From IMG/VR virus record IMGVR_UViG_3300043444_000140, positions 32,001 to 96,000 of that record: DNA of 64,000 bases. One strand, written 5' to 3'. Below, piece by piece: positions 18,845-27,300 of the stretch (position 1 is its first letter; each line of letters starts with the position of its first letter). The position numbers and the translations under genes are program-made. The DNA comes from a virus. Below the pieces are notes generated by a model. That model made no database searches. It was not told the DNA's origin and was given only the letters and a program-made list of their open reading frames with translations.

Positions 18845-19386
18845 TGGCAAAGACATATCCACCAGTATTTATTAACAACTATCTTAAAGAAAAGATCAAC
18901 GCATACTTTGAGTCAAATCCTTTTGACGGTATAGTGAATGAAGTAAACATTCCATTCTTCCCCACAACGCCAACAGATATAGACGCACTGACAGAAACAT
19001 TCCCAACAAGCCAGGGAACCTTTGCGGTATACGATAGAATGTTTAAGTACAGAAGAACCCCATTCCCACACATCAAGTCAGAGCAACTTTTATACTACTT
19101 TTACAAGATGCAGGGTGACTCAGAACTTATGATGGAAATATCTCAATTAGCATACGAACTTCTAGACCGTGAGGACGAGTCAGCCCAGGAGATAAATGAC
19201 TGGATTCGTTCAAAGGTGGTCAATGGAGTAGTTACCTTTTCTGGAGTAGACTTTTATCCTGTATTTTTCCATAGAATTAAGATGTACCAACTAGAAGAAA
19301 CTAGGGATATTGTGGACTTCGGTACAGCCAGAACCTTTGCTGGTAACAAGATAATTATTGATTACGATTACCATCAAACTGTATAA
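18844..19386 (+). CDS. putative tail terminator protein
   Basis: Immediately precedes the tail tube gene. Confidence 0.55.
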   Translation: MAKTYPPVFINNYLKEKINAYFESNPFDGIVNEVNIPFFPTTPTDIDALTETFPTSQGTFAVYDRMFKYRRTPFPHIKSEQLLYYFYKMQGDSELMMEISQLAYELLDREDESAQEINDWIRSKVVNGVVTFSGVDFYPVFFHRIKMYQLEETRDIVDFGTARTFAGNKIIIDYDYHQTV

Positions 19387-19456
19387 AAAGGCTGTTATAC
19401 TTATAACTGAGGAAACATCGCCCAAAATTCCATAAAGAAATAAGAGGTGAAAAATT

Positions 19457-20158
19457 ATGGCATATACAAGAGGAACTAACACCAACATCATCGTTGGTGC
19501 AGCAGCACTATTTGTTTACAAGCCAGGTCAACTCGATGACCCAGCGAACCAACTACCAACATACGTTGATGGTATTTCGTACAAGGACGAGTTGTCAGGC
19601 TACATTGCAGATGCATTCTGGAACGGAAGCCCAGCCCAGACATCATCGAACGCAACTAGAGCAGCAAACTTCGAGAACATCGGTTACACCAGCAATGGTC
19701 TAGAACTACAGTTCCAGCCTGACTTCGGTGAAGTACAGGTTGACCAACTTCTTGACGTTGCAAAGTTGTACAAGCAAGGTATGCAGGTTAACCTAAATAC
19801 TTCGTTCGCAGAGGCAACTCTAGAGAACTTGCTTTACGCAACCGCAGCCAACCCAGACGACTTCGACAACGGAGTAACTAACCCAGACCTAAAGGAACTA
19901 ACCCTTTCTGCAGGTGACCTAGGTGAGTGCCCAATCGAGCGAGGTATCGTTGCAGTTGGTCCAGGTACTGGAGAATGTCAGCCTGACGAGCAGGTTGAGC
20001 GTATCTACATCGGTTACCGTGCACTCTCAATTGAGAATGTTACTGTATCGGCAAAGCGTGACGAGGCAACAATGTTTGAAGTATCATTTAGAATGCTTCC
20101 AGACAACTCTGCTTCTTACGGTAAGATCGTAGACCGTACCATCCCAGCAGTATCGTAA
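19457..20158 (+). CDS. major tail (tube) protein
   Basis: NIIVGAAALF, GYTSNGLELQFQP, VDQLLD, FAEATLENL; SD GAGGTG; terminator follows. Confidence 0.82.
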   Translation: MAYTRGTNTNIIVGAAALFVYKPGQLDDPANQLPTYVDGISYKDELSGYIADAFWNGSPAQTSSNATRAANFENIGYTSNGLELQFQPDFGEVQVDQLLDVAKLYKQGMQVNLNTSFAEATLENLLYATAANPDDFDNGVTNPDLKELTLSAGDLGECPIERGIVAVGPGTGECQPDEQVERIYIGYRALSIENVTVSAKRDEATMFEVSFRMLPDNSASYGKIVDRTIPAVS

Positions 20159-20172
20159 ATATAACTTAATAT

Positions 20173-20212
20173 AGGAAGCCGTCCAGTTTAACTACTGGGC
20201 GGTTTTCTTTTT
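20173..20212 (+). terminator. intrinsic terminator
   Basis: AAGCCGTCCAGT-loop-ACTGGGCGGTTT followed by a T-run. Confidence 0.8.
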
Positions 20213-20226
20213 GGTATACTTAGTAG

Positions 20227-20907
20227 ATGGCTACCGCAATATACAAATCTGCAATAATTGAAACCATTGATCGTGAGGAGATATACATCACTCCACTAAA
20301 AATCAAGTATCTAAGGTTGTTCATGGAAGAATTTGGCAATGTAAGAAAGTCTTCAAATAATGACGATGCCTTCACGTTTGTTTCTAAGTGTGCCCTGATC
20401 GCCATGAAACAGTACAAGCCAGAGATAAAGACAATTGAGCAGGTAGAAGACTCTTTTGACCTAGCAACGCTCTATACAGTTCTTGATATAGCAGCAGGCA
20501 TTAGCATGAAGAGCCCAGAAGACTCTGGAGAAAGTATCCCTGAGCAGGCTAATAGCAAAGAAAACAACTCTTGGGAAACTATAGACCTTGCTAAGTTGGA
20601 GTCAGAGGTGTTCTTGCTGGGTATTTGGAAAGACTATGAGGAACTAGAGTCATCTCTATCAATGCCAGAGTTATCGGAAACTCTCAACGCTAAACGAGAG
20701 CAGTCGTATAATGAAAAGAAGTTTATGGCATCACTCAAGGGTATTGACATTGACGGTGGTAAGCCAGAAGAGAACGCATGGGAAAAACTAAAGAACAAGG
20801 TTATGAATAAGGGTAAAGACTCTAACGACATTACTTCGCTTACTGGAGCAAGGGCTAGAAAAGCAGGCTTTGGTATCGGTATGGGCATGTCGTATGAAAA
20901 ACACTAA
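20227..20907 (+). CDS. tail assembly chaperone, long (GT-like) form
   Basis: Between tail tube and TMP; N-terminal half paralogous to 20962..21276; probably leaderless after TGGTATACT. Confidence 0.7.
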   Translation: MATAIYKSAIIETIDREEIYITPLKIKYLRLFMEEFGNVRKSSNNDDAFTFVSKCALIAMKQYKPEIKTIEQVEDSFDLATLYTVLDIAAGISMKSPEDSGESIPEQANSKENNSWETIDLAKLESEVFLLGIWKDYEELESSLSMPELSETLNAKREQSYNEKKFMASLKGIDIDGGKPEENAWEKLKNKVMNKGKDSNDITSLTGARARKAGFGIGMGMSYEKH

Positions 20908-20961
20908 TCTTAAATCTTTTGTTTATGTTATAATTAATAAGACCTTTAAAGGAGGAAACAC

Positions 20962-21276
20962 ATGGCAACAACCGTAAATGAAGCAAAGACAGTTACTATG
21001 CTTGACGGAACTAAAATTGAAATTAGACCACTAAAGATCTCTCTTCTTCGTCCATTCATGGACAAGTTCGAGAAGATCGCAGAGGTCGCAGACAATAACT
21101 CAAAATCAATGGACCTTCTTCTAGAATGTGTGGCTATTGCTATGAAGCAGTACAAGCCAGAACTAGCAGAGAAGCCAGCAGACTTGGAAGATCTTCTTGA
21201 CCTTCCAACAGTCTATGAAATTGTGGAGGAAGCATCTGGACTTAAGATTGCCCAGACTGCTGCTACACTACTGTAG
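20962..21276 (+). CDS. tail assembly chaperone, short (G-like) form
   Basis: SD AAGGAGG; own TGTTATAAT at 20926; IRPLKISLLR..IAMKQYKPE. Confidence 0.72.
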   Translation: MATTVNEAKTVTMLDGTKIEIRPLKISLLRPFMDKFEKIAEVADNNSKSMDLLLECVAIAMKQYKPELAEKPADLEDLLDLPTVYEIVEEASGLKIAQTAATLL

Positions 21277-21306
21277 CAAAAAATAAAATAAAAGAGGTGT
21301 TTATGG

Positions 21307-24300
21307 ATGGCTGATTCCCAGACTAATATCAATATAAATATTGATACCAGTCAAGCCCTAGCAAACCTGCAGGCTTTGCAGTCTCAGATATCAGCCTTCC
21401 AAACCTCGATGGCTCGTGGCACTGCCACGCAAGCAGCAAACGCTGCCAAACTAAGACAAAACCTAATAAACGACATCAATGCAACTAAAAAGTTTGCAGC
21501 AGGTATCACAGATATCAAGACCACTACAGAGTCGTTTACAACCTCACTTGAGAAAAACAAGTTCTCAATGGGGCAATACTTTAAGTATGCTGGTGGTGCA
21601 ACAAAGAATTTCGGTAAACTATTCAAAACCGAAATGGCAACTATTGATAAGGTTGCTCGTGAACGTGTCAAAGACCTACAGACCCAATACATCCAACTAG
21701 GTCGTGACGCAAACGGTGCCATGAAGGCAATTTCCGTAAGACCACTAGTTCTTGACATGGAAAACCTGGGAACCAAAACAGCCATCGCTGCCCAGAAACA
21801 ACAGATTCTAAACCAACTCCTAAAGCAGGGGTCAACAAACATGCTCAACTGGGGTAAGAACACCCAGTGGGCAGGTCGTCAGTTGATGGTTGGTTTTACA
21901 GTTCCTCTAACTATGGCAGGTACTGCAGCAGCCAAAGCATTCATGGACATGGAGCAGGCTGCAATTAAGTTTAGCAGGGTATACGGAAGTTTTGGAACAA
22001 CTACTAAAGACGTAGACGCAATGGTAGACTCAGTAAAGAGACTAGCCTCCGAGTTTACAAAGTACGGTGTTGCGGTGTCAGACACAATGACCATGGCTGC
22101 AGATGCTGCAGCAGCAGGTAAAGAGGGCGTTGAACTATTAGAGCAGGTAACTAACGCAACCAGGCTTGCAATTCTTGGTAACGTAGATCAGCAACAAGCA
22201 CTGGAAACAACAATGTCTCTAACAAATGCGTTTGGTATTGCTGCAGAAGAACTCACAGGGAAGATCAACTTCCTTAACGCAGTTGAAAACCAAACCGTTA
22301 CCGCCATTGAAGACCTTACAATTGCTATTCCAAAGGCTGCTCCAGTTATTCAGCAACTTGGTGGAGACGTAGAAGACCTAGCATTCTTCCTAACAGCAAT
22401 GAAGGAAGGTGGAATTAACGCATCAGAAGGTGCTAACGCACTTAAGTCTGGTCTTGCATCTTTGATTAATCCAACCAACAAGGCATCTGAGTTCCTGCAG
22501 AGTTTTGGCATTAACGTAAAGAACATCGTTGAGTCAAACATGGGAGACGTTAAGGGTCTAGTTGTTGAGTTTGCATCAGCCCTCGACACCCTAGATCCAC
22601 TAAACCGTGCACGTGCCATCGAACAGATGTTTGGTAAGTTCCAGTTCTCACGTCTATCAACATTGTTCCAGAACGTAATTGACGAGGGTAGCCAGGCAAA
22701 CAAGGTTCTGGGGCTTACAAGGGCAACCTCTGAAGAATTGGCAATCCTATCTGAGCGAGAGTTGAAGAAGGTTGAAAGTTCTCCAATGTTCAAGTTCCAG
22801 AAGTCAATCGAAGACATCAAGGCAAAACTTGTTCCAATTGGAGAAGCATTCCTAAAGGCTATTACTCCTGTTATTGATTTCGTAGGAAAGTTCCTAGACG
22901 GATTTAATAAGATGTCCGAGGGTGCAAAGAGTTTCTGGATTACAACCACAGCAATCCTTGCTGGTGTTGGTCCAGCACTTCTAATGACAGTTGGTCTTGT
23001 TGCTAACGGTATTGCAAACCTTATTAAGATGTTTGCATCTATCAAGTCATTCATTAACAGAACTTCGCAAGATACGAATGCTTTGGGTGAATCAACCTCA
23101 TACATGACCGCAGAGCAGATCAGAGCAGCAGCGGTCGCTGCATCACTTGAGCAGGTACACCAAACCCTAGAACAAAGATTTACATCAGAAGCAGCCTCAG
23201 TAGACAAACTGACGCAGGCTTACGGAAGAAACATCGCAGCACAATCTGCATACAGTAACGCAAACCTTATTCCAACAACTCCAGTTAGGGGTGCAAAGAA
23301 ATTTGCAACTGGTGGATTTGTGTCTGGTCCTGGAACAGGAACGTCGGATTCAATCCCTGCCATGCTGTCAAATGGCGAAGCAGTTATCCCAGCAAAGTCA
23401 GTTGCACAAAACCCTGACCTAGTTAGAGGCTTGATTGCAGGAAACGTTAAGGGTTACTCTCAAGGTGGAATTGCTAATGGCAAGGCGGTCGTAGCCTTTG
23501 GTGCACACCAACCATTCACAGTCGCTCACGAGATGATCGCAAGAATGGGTATGGATATGGCTGCCGAGTCAGGTGCCACATTCAAGCAGTTCTCAACTGC
23601 CCAGGGTAAGTCGAAGAGATCTCTACTCACTGACGACCTAAAGAAGAAACTTATCCAGGAGTCTATTGGTATAACTCCAGACATTACCAAGAACCCATTC
23701 ACCCTGATGGAGTCCCTATCTGCACAAGGTATCAAGGACGTAACCCTACTTCTTGGTCAAGACAGAATGGCTGCTGGAGTATTCGACAAGGCAGCAGCAG
23801 ACTACGGAATTACTCTACGCAAGGTTGCTATCCCTAGAGATCCAGGATCACCATCTGGCACCGAGACAAGACTAGCAATTTCAAACAACAACACCAGAAG
23901 ATATCAGGAACTAATTGCCTCTGGTGCATCTCAGGCGACCAAGGATGAAGTATTTAAGCAGATGAAGTCTGCCATGTCAATGCCAAAGATGGCTAAGGGC
24001 GGTATCGTTTCTGGACCTGGAACAGGAACCTCAGATTCAGTTCCAACTCTGCTATCTCGTGGCGAAGCGGTAATCCCTGCTAAGTCGGTAGCAAGCAATC
24101 CAGAACTAGTAAGAGGACTGATTGCAAATAACATTCCAGGATTCAGCGAAGGCTTTGACTCGACAGGACTAATAAGTGCTGCTATGGCTAAGTATCGTGG
24201 ATCAAAGCCCGAAGTATTCCAGGCTCAGTTTGAAAGAGAACTTGAAGACATTCTCAAAACAACTGGAGATACTCAAACAATGCTACTTGAGCAACTTCAA

Positions 24301-27300
24301 AAGTACGTAGATACAACAAAGACTACTGCAAAAGCAACCATGAAGAGGTTCATGTCTCAAAACGAAGAGCAGGGGAAAAACCTAAGACCGTTATACAACA
24401 GGAAGGCTGCACAACAGGCTGGAGGAGACTTTGCTCACGTAGAAGATAGCAGGGAAGTTTCTGCACAGTATGTTCTAGACAACAGCCCAAACCTTCAGGC
24501 AGGGCACAGAGAGAGACTGGAAAGACTAGTTGCAAATAATCCAGATTATAAGGTTATGGCTGGAAGTGGCTTGGGCTTTACTCAGTCAAATGCACTTAAT
24601 CTAAAAATGAGCAGAGGGAAAAAGAGTGCTCCTGTAGAAGAATTTTTGGCAGATTTTGAATCAAGAGGTGTCGGAAAATGGACCCAGAGTGCTGAGATTG
24701 CTGGTCTTAAGATGGCAGATATTTCTGACGAACTAAAGATTTACGACGACGCACTTGCTGCTGGGGTAAGGCAATGGCAAGGAATGAATCCAACTCTTGA
24801 GTTGACCCAGCAAGAGTTTGCAAACATAGAGCGTAACGTTAGAACAACTATCGCACCACAAATACCAGTTGTCGCTCAGGCTTTTGGAGATCTTGCAAAT
24901 GAACTACATGATCTAAGATACCTTGTGGGAGAAAAGGAATTTGCAGCAACTGGAATTAAGAAGAACCCATATAGACAGTTCCCAAGAAAGGGCAAAAAAT
25001 CCGCAACTGATGCATTGTCTCCAGTGCCACTAAGCGAAATGCCACTAACACTTTCAAATGAATTTGCAGATGAAGCAGCGGTACAGGCACAGACAAAGTC
25101 TCCATCTAAGAGAACACGCAAGGTAGCAAAAGACACTGTTGATGGATACGTTCTTGAACTTGAGAATGGTGAAGCAAGAGTTGCAGAAGCAGCAGCCACA
25201 GCAGAAAAGAAGCGTGGTAAGATGGCTGGCATTGGCGACAAGGCATCTGGGTTCTTTGCAAGAAGAAAGCAACAGGCTGCACTAGACAAGCAGATGGCTG
25301 CAGAAAGAACTGCCATTGCGTCTGAGTTGCTTCTAGCAACCGATAAGGAGTACGGGGCACTTGCTGCACAAAGACAACTCTTAAACAGAAAGGTAACACT
25401 AACTGACGCAGAGTATGCTGACCTATTAAAGACCATCAACTTGATGGGGGTAAAGGAAGCAGAGATTGCTACCGACATCAAGAACAATGGTGCTGAGTCT
25501 AAGGTACTTAAAGAGAGAATTGCCCTTGCTGCAGAACGTGGCATTGCAATTAATGCTGAACAGGCTGCAAACCTAAAGGAACAAAAACTAAGTCGTCGTG
25601 AAAGACTGGGCAACTTCGTCAGGGGTGGTGCTGGAAGAATGTCTGGAATCGGCATGACAGCATCTATGGTTGCTGGCTCATTGACGATGATTCCTGGAGC
25701 AATTGGAGAAATGGCACAGAGCATTACCCCAGTAATTGGTGGCTTGTCTATGATGTCTATGATGATTCAGGGTCCAGTTAGTGCTGGTATCGTAGGACTA
25801 GTCGCTGCCATCGGTGCAGTTGTTTATGGATTTATGCAATACAACGCATCAATTGACAAGGGTATTGACAAGGCTCTTGCATTTGGAGATGCTCTAGGAA
25901 GCGGTACAAAGGCTATGCAGGGCTTGGCAGAGTTTGCTGGTAACGTAACCGCATCAGAAGTCCTAGATAGACGTAGAACTCAGGCTGTAAACCCATATCA
26001 GGTTGTAAGCGGTAAGACGACCTTTGGAGAGTCATACCTAGAGTCTGATGGTGGCAAGGCAATGGCTAAGGCTATCGGAGACCAGGCTAAGGTTTCTGGT
26101 AAGGCTGGCGTTGGTGGAAACATGAAGAACCAACTAGTATCTGCTGTTCTTTCTGGGGCATTGGGTGCAGCACAGGCTAGAAGCATTGCAGTTAATCTTG
26201 GTAGAGAACTTGGCGACGAAGAACTGGGTATTAGAGTTGCTGGAGAAATTGCAGAACTTGTGGGTCCAAATGGAGAAAACGTTCTTAAGGATGGCTTGGC
26301 TATTAGGGTCAAGATGATGCAAGAAACTAGAGGTCAGATTGGAAGTTCTGCAGCAAACCTAAACCAAATGGGTGGCTTTACAGGAACAGAAATGCTTCAG
26401 ACTGGTGGTGGCATCGCAGCAGGTGCAGGTGCTGGAGCCGTTGCAGGTGCAGTGATTGGATCATTCCTTGGACCAATTGGAACTGGTGTTGGGGCTATTG
26501 TCGGAACTATTGCAGGTGGAATCACTGGTGGTCTTCTAGGTGCTCAAGAACATGCAGAACGTCTGGGGTATCTAGCAGGAGCAACCGTATCTATTCAGTC
26601 AACTGCACTAGAGCAACAAAAGCAAATGCTAGACTCTCTAGAACTAGACTACGAGAAGCGTATTGAGGCTGCCAAGGCTGCTGGCGACACCGCAAAGGCA
26701 GATGAACTTCAGAACAAGTTGATTGCTGAAAGACAAAATCTTCTAAAGCAGAACGCACTCACCCAGCAAACAATTACTGATTCGTTTAAGAATTCACAAT
26801 ACCAGAATGAGATGATGGCTGGTGTAGACAAGGCTATCGAGAAAAAGTACAAAGACACCCCAATGGAGGACATCGCCAAGGTCGCAAGAGACAAACTAGG
26901 TGGCATCCAAAATAGAGAACAGCAATTCACCATGAAGATGCTTCTCAATACAAACGTAGATCCATTGCAGATGCTTGCCATTACAGACATCATGGGCACC
27001 GACCAATCAGCAATCTCTAAGGTTCTAAACATTAATGCAAACCTTGGTGGATCAAACCTAAACCAGGTAATGGCAATCTCTGGACTATTTACTGACCAAA
27101 ATGGCAAGCCAGCCACCCAAATTCAAAAAGACTTCATTATCAGGATGTCTTCCGTTACAGACGGAGAGCAAGCAAACAAGTTGATGACTCTATACTCAGA
27201 ACTTGGAAAGTCTGGTATGGGATGGGTAAATGCTTCGGTACTTGTTGACTTTGTATCAAAGAACCCAGCACTCGAAACCAAGTTGATGAATGATATCCAA

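Noticed and set aside
23482-23975. TMP nucleotidyltransferase as a CCA-adding enzyme for the CCA-less tRNAs
   Set aside because: CCA-adding enzymes belong to the Pol-beta superfamily, not the HIGH superfamily
22350-25724. Long minus-strand ORFs (285 aa and 282 aa) and many other antisense ORFs
   Set aside because: They lie entirely opposite well-supported + strand genes, show no recognisable motifs, and are consistent with codon-bias shadows
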